From positions 124,001 to 188,000 of the IMG/VR virus record IMGVR_UViG_3300005193_000001: 64,000 nt of DNA, one strand, 5' to 3'. Each line of letters opens with the position of its first letter. Within the stretch, counting starts at the first letter, position 1. A program made the position numbers and the translations under genes. The notes beneath the pieces are model-generated. The model searched no databases and had not been told where the DNA came from. It saw only the letters and a program-made list of their open reading frames with translations. Of the stretch, positions 45,446 through 53,798 are shown one piece after another. The stretch is from an uncultured virus (IMG/VR IMGVR_UViG_3300005193_000001). Taxonomy: Duplodnaviria; Heunggongvirae; Uroviricota; Caudoviricetes.

Positions 45446-45936
45446 CGTACGATACTTTCTATTTTTCTACAATCCTTTGCCGTTATGCCAACTGAAGGGT
45501 CCGTCTTGACGAAGTTGCTTTTGTGTCCGACTTTAGCACCGGGATTGTCGTCCACCACGACGTAATCTTCCTCCAGCCCCACGTCGGAAGCTTCTCTATG
45601 AAGCCACCGAGATATTACGGCCCCACGAGTGTCACTCTCTCCAAGCCCCCACGCCGAAATCTGTCGAGGTCCGGTAGTATCGACGACGGGACAGTTGTAC
45701 CAACCGTAGAGAGCCATAATGGAGGCCAATTTCTCCGGGCCGTGTCCCTGTCTCCAAGAACTCGACCACACGACGTGAAACCCCATCCTGTCAACTACGG
45801 TTCGAACGAGCCCAATCCTAACAGGGTCGAGCCTCCATGGACGACGGGCGGAACCGTAGCCCTCGAAGGCTCTACAAGAGTCCGAAGAATTCAGAACTCC
45901 ATCTACGTCAAGAAAAAGAAGGGGCGGTTTACTCAT
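45442..45936 (-). CDS. HAD-family phosphatase (Swiss-army-knife RNA-repair type)
   Basis: LFLDVDGVLN, VWSSSWR, RG..I..WL, YVVVDD. Confidence 0.85.
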   Translation of the reverse strand: MSKPPLLFLDVDGVLNSSDSCRAFEGYGSARRPWRLDPVRIGLVRTVVDRMGFHVVWSSSWRQGHGPEKLASIMALYGWYNCPVVDTTGPRQISAWGLGESDTRGAVISRWLHREASDVGLEEDYVVVDDNPGAKVGHKSNFVKTDPSVGITAKDCRKIESIVR

Positions 45937-46120
45937 CGTACACGTCGGTTTCGGCTTTCGTGGCTCGTCCAGACGTGGACGCGCTAAACTTGTCACTTAC
46001 GTCCGCTCTGGTTTCTCCATCTTCGAGCACAACGAACTGGTGAGGCTCGTAACTGGAGGGTTGCATGATGATGAAGTCCGCTCCGGGAGGAACGTCTTCG
46101 AAATCGATGTACAAATCCAT
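45929..46120 (-). CDS. hypothetical protein
   Basis: 63-aa ORF coupled to the HAD gene. Confidence 0.45.
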   Translation of the reverse strand: MDLYIDFEDVPPGADFIIMQPSSYEPHQFVVLEDGETRADVSDKFSASTSGRATKAETDVYDE

Positions 46121-46191
46121 CGTGACTTAAAGGTTGATGCTTGGTGTTGCGGATGGACTTGAACTTGAAAGAAATGCGTCGGGTTCTTCCT

Positions 46192-46410
46192 TCATTTACG
46201 CTTCACAGAAGGAGGAGGGACCGTATAGAGCGGAAGAGGAATCGGATAGTTCTCACGAAGCTCCGTTCTATCGAGAAAATCGGACATAGGAACGGTTCGG
46301 CCTTGATCGTGGTGTCTTTTGGCGGATTTCACTCGGGCCATAACGTCTTCTTCACCAAGTCCGAAGTACTCGTTTCGAATGTGATTTGGAAGGTCGTCAG
46401 GACTTTTCAT
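46192..46410 (-). CDS. hypothetical protein
   Basis: Likely start MKSPDD. Confidence 0.45.
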   Translation of the reverse strand: MKSPDDLPNHIRNEYFGLGEEDVMARVKSAKRHHDQGRTVPMSDFLDRTELRENYPIPLPLYTVPPPSVKRK

Positions 46411-46879
46411 CTGCGTGCTTGGATATGACTTTGTTAATGTGTTCGTCGTGGATGGACCCCAATCTCTTAACTTCACGTCCAAGATCAACGTCTAACGTTC
46501 CTTCGGGGCCATGAAAAGCCCACTCGTGACCAAAAAGCCTGTCGAAAACGAACCCACCGTCTTTCCACTCTATGATAGCGATACCTCCAGAGTAGTCGTG
46601 AATCAACTGCTCCGGGTCTTCGACGTCCGCTGGAGTTCCATGCTCTTCGTACTCGCGGCGTTGTGTCTCGGCGCTCGTGTCCTTAACGCGCTTCACAACG
46701 TCTCCTTCCCACAGACTCTCCTCGTTCATATCTGACCACCCGGTAAACCAAGAAATCTCGTACCTGCTTTCGGAAAGGTCGGGAAGGTCTTCCTGAGAAA
46801 GTTGTTGTATATGAGCCTCCAAGACGAACTCGTAAGAGAGGACGTCAAACACCCTTAATTTACTTGGAAAGCTGCTCAT
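46397..46879 (-). CDS. YopX-family protein
   Basis: KLRVFD...FTGWSDMNEESLWEGDVV...LGSIHD. Confidence 0.7.
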   Translation of the reverse strand: MSSFPSKLRVFDVLSYEFVLEAHIQQLSQEDLPDLSESRYEISWFTGWSDMNEESLWEGDVVKRVKDTSAETQRREYEEHGTPADVEDPEQLIHDYSGGIAIIEWKDGGFVFDRLFGHEWAFHGPEGTLDVDLGREVKRLGSIHDEHINKVISKHADEKS

Positions 46880-47161
46880 AATTAGGCAAGATTTCGTTGG
46901 AGGAGTTCCAGACAAACCTGTAGTAGCCCTTAATGTTGAAGTCGCCTCCACCTTTAAGGTAAGAAAGGTAATCGCTGGCGAATCTCTATCCGAGGACATT
47001 GTTGCCAATGTGAATATCTTCTCCCCCAAGACCACTGAGTTCCGAAAGCTCATATTCAAGCCCGTCGATCATCGACTCCTTACGAAAATCGGACATCTTG
47101 TAGTCGTCGGGAAATTCCTCATTCGTAGAAGTGTAAGCAGTGACCCCAGAATTGCTCATAA

Positions 47162-47389
47162 TTAATTGACATTTAAAAAGTCGGAACGCGAATCTATGAT
47201 TTCCACGATATCGTTTCTGACCCTTCTTCCGTAAGCCCCGTTATCGTAGAGGTCGTCGGCAAGGTTCCGAAGACCACTAAGGGTAGATACAGGATAGCCA
47301 TACTTGTTCAAGTCCATAGAATCTCCGTTCTCATCGACCCTACGTATAGTGAGGTCGTCAAAGTCTATCTTGAAAGAGTCTACAGTCAT
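47162..47389 (-). CDS. hypothetical protein
   Basis: 75-aa ORF. Confidence 0.5.
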   Translation of the reverse strand: MTVDSFKIDFDDLTIRRVDENGDSMDLNKYGYPVSTLSGLRNLADDLYDNGAYGRRVRNDIVEIIDSRSDFLNVN

Positions 47390-47416
47390 AACGAGACGGG
47401 ATTTATTGCGCGAAAA

Positions 47417-47495
47417 TGGTCGGGGTAGAAAGATTCGAACTCCCGCTTACAGAGATTAAGAGTCTCCGGCTCTGACCTACCTGAGCTATACCCCG
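47417..47495 (-). tRNA. tRNA-Lys (CTT), encoded CCA
   Basis: Cloverleaf; GGAGA-CTCTTAA-TCTCT. Confidence 0.88.
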
Positions 47496-47858
47496 CTATA
47501 CTTTTTGTCCTAAAATGTCGTTGTAATTCTGCACGAATTCTCGAAGCGTGGTTCCCACAACTTCTGCAGATTCTACTCCGAAGTGCTTCATCCGAAGAAG
47601 CTCCTCACTAATCCTTCCCAGCTTCAAGCCGTAAAGAAACCAATAAGCGATCTCGTCCACTTGATTCATAGAATCGGAAGGTTCGAGAATTCGGTGTCAT
47701 TTCCAGACTCGATCTTCGCGATAATGCTTCCGAAGCCTATGTAGCCCTTTCGGAGCCCTTGGGTAACTTGAGAGTCTATCGGCTCCGCCTTGACTTCGAA
47801 TTCTATTTCTGGAATACCGTCCATAGGAACGTTTCTTTCTCTCTTTGAGATAAAAGGG

Positions 47859-47932
47859 TAGCCCCTGAGAGATTCGAACTCCCGACACCCGCCTCGTAAG
47901 GACGGTGCTCTCGGCCACTGAGCTAAGGGGCT
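47859..47932 (-). tRNA. tRNA-Val (TAC)
   Basis: Cloverleaf; CCGTC-CTTACGA-GGCGG. Confidence 0.9.
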
Positions 47933-47934
47933 AT

Positions 47935-48030
47935 TGGTGCCGTTATAGGGATTTTCACCCTTGCATCGTCAATCGTACGCCTCTGCTGATGATCTTCTAA
48001 CATCGGTCAAGGTCTTCAAACGATAACGGC
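47935..48030 (-). ncRNA. tRNA-like RNA: 8-bp acceptor + 4-bp T-like arm + ACCA, non-tRNA interior
   Basis: GCCGTTAT/ATAACGGC-ACCA; AGGG-TGAAAAT-CCCT. Confidence 0.6.
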
Positions 48031-48040
48031 ATGAATTGTG

Positions 48041-48189
48041 AGCGGGGCGCGGACTCGAACCGCTTGCCGAGTAGCCTTGCCTCTACCACCATCCGGTCGG
48101 GGGATTTCAACCCTTCCCGTCAGGAGATCTACAAGGCATCCGTCTTTGACCCACAGGTTCGCACAACTAGCTCACTTAGCTGTTCCACT
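48041..48189 (-). ncRNA. candidate tRNA-like ncRNA with a large interior
   Basis: 3' GCGG-TTCGAGT-CCGC-GCCCCGCT; imperfect 5' partner; internal GGG-TTGAAAT-CCC T-loop hairpin. Confidence 0.45.
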
Positions 48190-48229
48190 GCTTTTTTGAG
48201 TTGCACTATTCACGAACAGCGTAGAGCGG

Positions 48230-48304
48230 TACTGCGTCTCGGATTTGAACCGAGGTTTCCGGCTTGAAAGGCCAGCGTCCTAGACCGAGCTAGACGAACG
48301 CAGC
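48230..48304 (-). tRNA. tRNA-Glu (TTC)
   Basis: Cloverleaf; loop CTTTCAA. Confidence 0.93.
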
Positions 48305-48309
48305 AGTCT

Positions 48310-48612
48310 TTAAGTAATCTCGAAAAGCGAAGGAGTTTCGACGTTATCCATATCGAACCAATCGTTGTCCGAAATGTAGTCGAAAAGCTTCTCCGCGATC
48401 TCCTTGTTGTCGGTTTCGGTCAAGTCCTGCGACTCCAAGAACTTGAAAATCCTACTCTTCAGCTTCTTACGCTTCTTCATCCGATCAAGCTCGTCTTCGA
48501 AGACCCCGATATCGAAATCGGGACACAAAGCTATGTCTTCGAGAAGAGAACGGTTGACCCTGCGGACGCGCTCCCTTTCCGCAAGAGAATTTCCAGAATT
48601 ATTGCCTTCCAT
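48310..48612 (-). CDS. hypothetical protein
   Basis: 100-aa ORF behind the promoter motif. Confidence 0.55.
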   Translation of the reverse strand: MEGNNSGNSLAERERVRRVNRSLLEDIALCPDFDIGVFEDELDRMKKRKKLKSRIFKFLESQDLTETDNKEIAEKLFDYISDNDWFDMDNVETPSLFEIT

Positions 48613-48652
48613 GAGACTGAAGGTCGGTTGTTCAAAAAGTAGCGGGTTATTT

Positions 48653-48677
48653 TACGAAAAGAGACGTAAAGAGTTCC
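48653..48677 (-). promoter_or_regulatory. promoter motif GGAAC-N16-CGTA
   Basis: Intergenic copy. Confidence 0.6.
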
Positions 48678-48692
48678 AAGTTCAAAAGAGCT

Positions 48693-48875
48693 TCACTCGT
48701 CGTCTACGTTCTTCGCTTCTTGGATACCCCTCGGAGACGCGTCGTCTTCCACCGGATAAGCCTTGCCCGAACACCCTTGAATCTCGCAAGCATGAATGCT
48801 CGTAAAGAGCGGAGGCCCCGTGGTCCAAACGTGTCCACATTCTTTGCACTTGTACTCGTAGGTTTCAGTGTTCAT
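48693..48875 (-). CDS. small zinc-ribbon protein
   Basis: YEYKCKECGH...C....C. Confidence 0.55.
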   Translation of the reverse strand: MNTETYEYKCKECGHVWTTGPPLFTSIHACEIQGCSGKAYPVEDDASPRGIQEAKNVDDE

Positions 48876-49038
48876 GGTATTGCTGAGTTAATTGTAAAAA
48901 GAGAATAGAGTTTCGGTTCTAAAAAGGGCTGTCGCTTACAAGAGGATTTACGCCGCTCTCTTTGCTTGCTTTAAGCAACTTAACTGTCACCACAGCCAAC
49001 AAGCAAAGCGGAGAAAAGTAATAGATTAAGGTATCTCA

Positions 49039-49740
49039 TTAATCAAATGTATATCCGATTCCAAATTGCACGTTATGATTCGGTGGCAAGTCGCCGTAAG
49101 TGTAGTTGTATCCACCGATGAAAGAAAGGTGGCCGAACATCCGAATCATTCCTCCAGCCCCAATGTTCGAGTGGAACGTTTTGTGTCCGTCTGGATGCTC
49201 TCTGTAAACCACATTTCCAGCTTCGGTAATTGCCGACTGGTAGTTGGTAGAGCGTGTTACGCCCGTTTCTAAGAACACGGAAGCGGTGTTGAGCCGCCAC
49301 GTGTCTAAGTCAAAGGTTCGCGTCGTGCCACCTGTTGCAGTCCGTTGAAACGTTTTCTTTCCCGTCACAGCAGACTCTGAACCGAAAAGTGTCGCTTGTT
49401 GAGTTTGTAGCACCATCGTAGTTGGCACGCCGCTTCCGGTTCTACCAGCAATAACAACAATTCCAGAGTCTTCATCACCAATTTGCAAATCAAAGTCGGT
49501 AGTCACAACATCGTCGTTGTAGAAGCTTCGGGCTGCAAACCTCAACCCGTAGGACCCCTCTTTCGTCGTGTAAGCTCCGATACCAATCGGTGATCTCATC
49601 GTGCCACTATAATGAGCCGTAAAATCTCGATCCGGTGGAATCTCTACGCTGAACAAGATCGGTTGTCTAGCGTCGGTCGTGTCTTGCCCGAAACTAGCAA
49701 TTGGAAAGAAAAGAATCAACACATAAAGCAAGTGTCGCAT
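49039..49740 (-). CDS. putative outer-membrane beta-barrel protein
   Basis: Sec signal peptide, alternating amphipathic strands, C-terminal VQFGIGYTF-D barrel signal. Confidence 0.7.
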   Translation of the reverse strand: MRHLLYVLILFFPIASFGQDTTDARQPILFSVEIPPDRDFTAHYSGTMRSPIGIGAYTTKEGSYGLRFAARSFYNDDVVTTDFDLQIGDEDSGIVVIAGRTGSGVPTTMVLQTQQATLFGSESAVTGKKTFQRTATGGTTRTFDLDTWRLNTASVFLETGVTRSTNYQSAITEAGNVVYREHPDGHKTFHSNIGAGGMIRMFGHLSFIGGYNYTYGDLPPNHNVQFGIGYTFD

Positions 49741-49761
49741 GAGCTTAAACTAAATGACAAT

Positions 49762-49786
49762 AAAAAACGGGGGCCTTTCGCCCCCG
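49762..49786 (-). terminator. rho-independent terminator
   Basis: CGGGGGC-GAAA-GGCCCCCG followed by TTTTTT on the minus strand. Confidence 0.7.
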
Positions 49787-49818
49787 CTGTATTCCGATGC
49801 ACTAAGTGGCCGTGCTGT

Positions 49819-50754
49819 TTAGATGATAATGATAATGCCACCATCGTCGCCACCGATGTTTACACCGTCTTCTGCGCTCCCGTTTACATTGTTATAGAGA
49901 AACACAGGGTCTTGATTGTCGGTATCTATGTACTCATCCGAGACCTGAAGCTCCAATAGAACCGAAGCCGTTCCGTCGCGGTACTGTCCCGGCGCAAGGT
50001 TGATTGTCCCCTCACCAGTATCAAACGTAGCACCACTTCGGTTCTGGAAGTCTGCTCCGTTTCTTGCAGTAGTGCGGTCGCCCGCGTCTATGCCACTTGG
50101 ATCGATTCCGACGCCGCCAAGAGGCGTGTCTTCAGTAAATAGACGGCCTGCAAGGGCAGAAGCATTTCCCTTACTGTTTTCAAGGGTCACTTCGAACTGA
50201 TTCCCGTCGCCAGCGAACTGAAGATTTGCATTGAAGCTCAGGCCAAACTCTGTGAAGAGGGTTGCATCTTGATCATTGTTGTCACCGCCACGAAAATCAA
50301 CTTCCGTGACCTCTCCTGAATTAACGACCACGTTTCCGTCGCCGTCTCCGGTTGTGGCAAACACAATGGCGCTGTTGCGGTCGGGAGTGTTGTAGTCCCT
50401 GAAGCCCAGAAGATCTACGTCATAGTCCCCTGCGGGAACCACAAACTCCGCAACGACAGTACCGCCGGACTTCGGGTAGTTAATCCCGAAGTCTTCGCGG
50501 GTTTCGCCGCTTACGTCGCCCGTTCCGTTAACAAAGACATTGAGCTGGTCCCCTTCTTCAAGAGACGAGGCTTCACGGGTAATGGTCGTGTTGGCTTTCG
50601 CTCCGCTACTAGCCGGATTCTTGATGGTCAAAGTCAACTCTTCCATTTCTTGCTCTTCTTGCATACCCGAGCCGCCACCGTCACAGCCGACCATAAGAGC
50701 CGGAAGAGCGAGAAAAAGCAGTGCGGTGGTGAAGTTTCGAATTGTAGTAGTCAT
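49819..50754 (-). CDS. lipoprotein, beta-rich
   Basis: Signal peptide with LMVG-C lipobox; 311 aa; own promoter motif. Confidence 0.75.
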   Translation of the reverse strand: MTTTIRNFTTALLFLALPALMVGCDGGGSGMQEEQEMEELTLTIKNPASSGAKANTTITREASSLEEGDQLNVFVNGTGDVSGETREDFGINYPKSGGTVVAEFVVPAGDYDVDLLGFRDYNTPDRNSAIVFATTGDGDGNVVVNSGEVTEVDFRGGDNNDQDATLFTEFGLSFNANLQFAGDGNQFEVTLENSKGNASALAGRLFTEDTPLGGVGIDPSGIDAGDRTTARNGADFQNRSGATFDTGEGTINLAPGQYRDGTASVLLELQVSDEYIDTDNQDPVFLYNNVNGSAEDGVNIGGDDGGIIIII

Positions 50755-50798
50755 GGTTACAAGCTTTCTATTGTTGAGTGTAAAAAGTGAACTGAGTC

Positions 50799-50823
50799 AA
50801 CGAAAAGCTGGAAGTGGCGTTCC
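50799..50823 (-). promoter_or_regulatory. promoter motif GGAAC-N16-CGTT
   Basis: Upstream of the lipoprotein gene. Confidence 0.65.
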
Positions 50824-50926
50824 AAAGAAAAGAAAGCTTAACCAAAACTTCACAGACTCGATACATGGGCAAGCAAAAGTAGACTGAAAGACTCGGAAAC
50901 CACGGGTAGACAAAAAAGAAGTGTAG

Positions 50927-51001
50927 TTGCCCCGGAGGGATTTGAACCCACGACTCTCGGCTTAAAAGGCCGCTGCTCTAACCTGACTGAGCTACGGAGC
51001 A
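50927..51001 (-). tRNA. tRNA-Lys (TTT)
   Basis: Cloverleaf; loop CTTTTAA. Confidence 0.92.
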
Positions 51002-51116
51002 TGGTTGGAGGCTTTCCACCCCACTTGGCTAATGCTATTAGCTCACTGTTCGCCTTTTCGCTACCAACGATGGGCTTGGATTGCCGCTTGAACGGTCCTA
51101 AGGTCAAGCAAGGTTG

Positions 51117-51305
51117 TTAAATCATCGAAGGACCACCTTCTCCAAAGATTTCTCTCAAGCTTTTGTCCGTTTCAGTGTGGCCTGGAAGAAAGTCAACGTC
51201 TCCGTCTATCGTGTTTCCAGACTTCAACAGGACGAGGAAATTGTCGTCCTTCAACGCATATTCTCCGCCGTTATCTTCGAATTCATCAATCTCAACAAGT
51301 TTCAT
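51117..51305 (-). CDS. hypothetical protein
   Basis: 62-aa acidic ORF. Confidence 0.5.
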   Translation of the reverse strand: MKLVEIDEFEDNGGEYALKDDNFLVLLKSGNTIDGDVDFLPGHTETDKSLREIFGEGGPSMI

Positions 51306-51330
51306 AAGGATTTTGCTTCTTTATGATTAG

Positions 51331-51405
51331 TACTGCTTCTCGGATTCGAACCGAGGTTTCCGGCTTGAAAGGCCAGCGTCCTGGACCAGACTAGACGAAA
51401 GCAGC
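51331..51405 (-). tRNA. tRNA-Glu (TTC), second copy
   Basis: Near-identical to 48230-48304. Confidence 0.93.
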
Positions 51406-51426
51406 ATATGTAAAATGCTCTATCTT

Positions 51427-51690
51427 CTATAACAAAGCGGTCTTCTCCGGTGTCATAAGGTCGTCGGAAATGACCTCCGACGAATCGACGTAATTTTCAA
51501 GAACTTCTCGGTCGGCAGGACCTTCCGTGGGCGTCGTCGGACCATCAGGGTTCGGATCGACCGGAAGGTCTCCGTCTTCGTCGTTTCGTCCTTCGTCATC
51601 ACTACCGCCCCAAGACAGAGAATCAATATACTTGAAAAAGAGATAAACCACCGTTAATCCCAAGGACGTCAAAAAAGTGGCTAAAAACAC
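51427..51690 (-). CDS. membrane-anchored acidic protein
   Basis: N-terminal transmembrane segment, D/P-rich tail. Confidence 0.55.
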   Translation of the reverse strand: MFLATFLTSLGLTVVYLFFKYIDSLSWGGSDDEGRNDEDGDLPVDPNPDGPTTPTEGPADREVLENYVDSSEVISDDLMTPEKTALL

Positions 51691-51718
51691 CTTTCTCTTT
51701 TTGTGGTTTAAGTATTAG

Positions 51719-51793
51719 TACTGCCAGCGAGATTTGAACTCGCGTTACCGCCTTGAGAGGGCGGCGTCCTGGACCGAGCTAGACGATGGCAGC
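51719..51793 (-). tRNA. tRNA-Glu (CTC)
   Basis: Cloverleaf; CCGCC-CTCTCAA-GGCGG. Confidence 0.93.
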
Positions 51794-51936
51794 AAAGTGG
51801 AGGGAATCTCACCCTCCTGTCGCTTGGATGGTTCCACGGTCAAAGCGAATAATAAAAAGTGCCGCGCTCTTCGCTCTATCGCTAAAGGCAATAAGCACGG
51901 CTCCGGGTCGGGTCGTACAAGTCCCGCCGTTGCGAG

Positions 51937-52014
51937 CGAGTGGCACGGGATTCGAACCCGTAGGCCCCAGCTAAGGGTTTACCATATGGGGCGGGCCAGT
52001 GCCCCGTCCCACTC
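51937..52014 (-). ncRNA. tRNA-like RNA with expanded anticodon region
   Basis: GAGTGG/CCACTC acceptor, ACGGG-TTCGAAT-CCCGT T-arm, GCCCCA/TGGGGC stem enclosing 17 nt. Confidence 0.6.
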
Positions 52015-52389
52015 TTAGATCTCTTGATCACCCTTTTTGCCGCAAAGGACTTTGGGGGATCTGTCGGCCTCAACGTACATGAACTCTCTTCCCTTAGGAA
52101 ATTCGAGAGTCATAGTAGAATCTGTACTGCTCTTGATTTCCCACTCCGTTCCTCCGGGAAACCTAATAGTGTTTCCTTCGTACTTGACGGTTCGAGGAAA
52201 GACCATGCAGTCTCCTTCGCCGTTAATGCTCCAAACGAAGAGAATCCTCGGACCAAAGTTCAAGTAAACCGTTCTGTCTTTGTCCTGAAACTCGTGTCTG
52301 AGGTATTTCGCGTCGTCGTCTTGCCCATGGGCAAACGAAAAGGAGCCCAAGAAGAGGAACACCGCGATCACACTGAGAAGCTTTTTCAT
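52015..52389 (-). CDS. secreted hypothetical protein
   Basis: MKKLLSVIAVFLFLGSFSFAHG signal peptide. Confidence 0.65.
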   Translation of the reverse strand: MKKLLSVIAVFLFLGSFSFAHGQDDDAKYLRHEFQDKDRTVYLNFGPRILFVWSINGEGDCMVFPRTVKYEGNTIRFPGGTEWEIKSSTDSTMTLEFPKGREFMYVEADRSPKVLCGKKGDQEI

Positions 52390-52417
52390 ACCATTTTTGA
52401 ATTTAAGAGTCAAGATA

Positions 52418-52642
52418 TTAGTCTACGGATTCAAGGCTGTCGAGGTTAAGAACGTGATAGACGTTGTCCTCCTCGTTAACGGAAGCAATTTCGTTTCCTT
52501 CGGCTTTACGATTAGCAGCCCAATCCAGCAAAGTAATCGCGTTGTTCAGGAGCTCTCGGGTAGACAGCCCACCGAGCTTTCTCTTCATTTCGTCCAACGC
52601 CTTCTCCTGTTCCTCCGAAAACTTTATACGAACTTCAGTCAT
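52418..52642 (-). CDS. ribbon-helix-helix-like DNA-binding protein
   Basis: VRIKFSEE...LDEMK...STRELLNNAITLL. Confidence 0.6.
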   Translation of the reverse strand: MTEVRIKFSEEQEKALDEMKRKLGGLSTRELLNNAITLLDWAANRKAEGNEIASVNEEDNVYHVLNLDSLESVD

Positions 52643-52684
52643 AGCGACAAATGTAAATAAATGGGTTACATCCAACAAAGCGCT

Positions 52685-52781
52685 TGCTCGTGGATCGCTG
52701 TCCGGACAGCAACCCCTCGGGTCACGCTCCCTACGCCGCCGACACTTTCACACGACGCCCATCTTGGCTGGTTAACGAGCA
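52685..52781 (-). ncRNA. candidate structured ncRNA (about 97 nt)
   Basis: Terminal stem TGCTCGT/ACGAGCA; hairpins GCTGT-CCGG-ACAGC and GTGAAAG-containing loop; non-coding. Confidence 0.45.
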
Positions 52782-52784
52782 GTT

Positions 52785-52835
52785 TGGTGGAGCAGTCGGA
52801 TTCGAACCGACGATTACTGACCAACAGTTACTCCA
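52785..52835 (-). ncRNA. 51-nt tRNA minihelix-like element ending in CCA
   Basis: TGGAGTA/TGCTCCA-CCA, single hairpin ACTG-TTGGT-CAGT, T-arm GTCGG-TTCGAAT-CCGAC. Confidence 0.6.
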
Positions 52836-53580
52836 ACAAGTTTTCTATTTCGTAATTTTTCGCCCACCTTATATTTCCAGTATTTGTTTTCGGGTCTTCT
52901 ACTCTAAGGTGTATCCCTCTTTTTGGAGCATCGCTAAACTCAACTCCATAAACCTTATTTGTCTCTGAACAGTATATGGCAAACAAGTCTATGTCATCTT
53001 TATGATAAGACCCGCTTTTATTTATATTTTTATTGTACGAGTTTCCACTTCTTTCTAACTTTGCTACTATGCAACCATTTTTATAGTTTCCATTTTTTAC
53101 TTGCAGTTTCAAAAACCCATTCGAACTTTCAATCAAAAGGTCTTCTGCCGACCTCACTACTGGTTCATATATTTTATATCCTAATTCTACCAGTTTGGTT
53201 CTAACTTTCTCTTCCGCCAGAATTCCCTTATGTCGTTTTGAACCTAAAAACTCTTTTTTTGTTTTTGCTTTTCTCGGCTCTTTCGGTTCTTTTTTCAACT
53301 GGTCTTTTGTTTCTTTAGTCGTATATTTTACAACTGTCGTTTTAGATACACCTAAATTTTCCGCAACTGCGCTTACTGTCTCCCCACTTTTTCGAAGAGA
53401 GTTTATTTTCCGTTCTTTTTCTTTGCTTATCTTTTGTTGCTTTTTTCCAGTATCTTCAAGCCCCGCTTGCTTACAGTGGTAAGCTACCGTGCCTTTCGAG
53501 CAGTCAAGCTCATTTTCAATTTCACGATAGCTTTTACCCTCTTTTCGAAGTCGGATTATATCTTGCTTATACTTGCTCAT
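52828..53580 (-). mobile_element. free-standing homing-endonuclease-like gene: two HTH domains + PD-(D/E)XK nuclease (I-Ssp6803I-like)
   Basis: G.SYREI...L.CSKGTV HTH; KGILAE...DLLI...KLQVK...Y...DIDLFAIY; Lys-rich and visibly AT-richer than its flanks. Confidence 0.8.
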
Positions 53581-53675
53581 TAAACTTACTTAATTTGAAC
53601 CGTGTGCATTATTATATATACTTGCGGTTCAAAACTTTTGGTTCAAAAAGCCTATTTCAAAGCATATTCAAAAAG

Positions 53676-53748
53676 GGCGAGTGCTCGGATTCGAACCGAG
53701 ACTAAGGCGACCACAACGCCTCGTGCTACCGATTACACCACACCCACC
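53676..53748 (-). tRNA. tRNA-His (GTG) with encoded G-1
   Basis: AGGCG-TTGTGGT-CGCCT; G-1:C73. Confidence 0.93.
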
Positions 53749-53798
53749 ATATTTACGCAGCGGGTTAGACCAGACTTGCCAATGCCCCACATGTTCCT

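Noticed and set aside
48090..48125. FMN riboswitch
   Set aside because: Only one T-loop segment matches. The second half of the aptamer and any riboflavin gene are absent.
52785..52835. tmRNA 3' end
   Set aside because: CTCCACCA is present, but there is no GGGG 5' strand, G3:U70 pair or tag reading frame upstream. The upstream sequence is the endonuclease ORF.
52700..53670. Group I intron around the endonuclease
   Set aside because: No recognisable P/Q/R/S core and no interrupted exon pair. tRNA-His upstream is intact.
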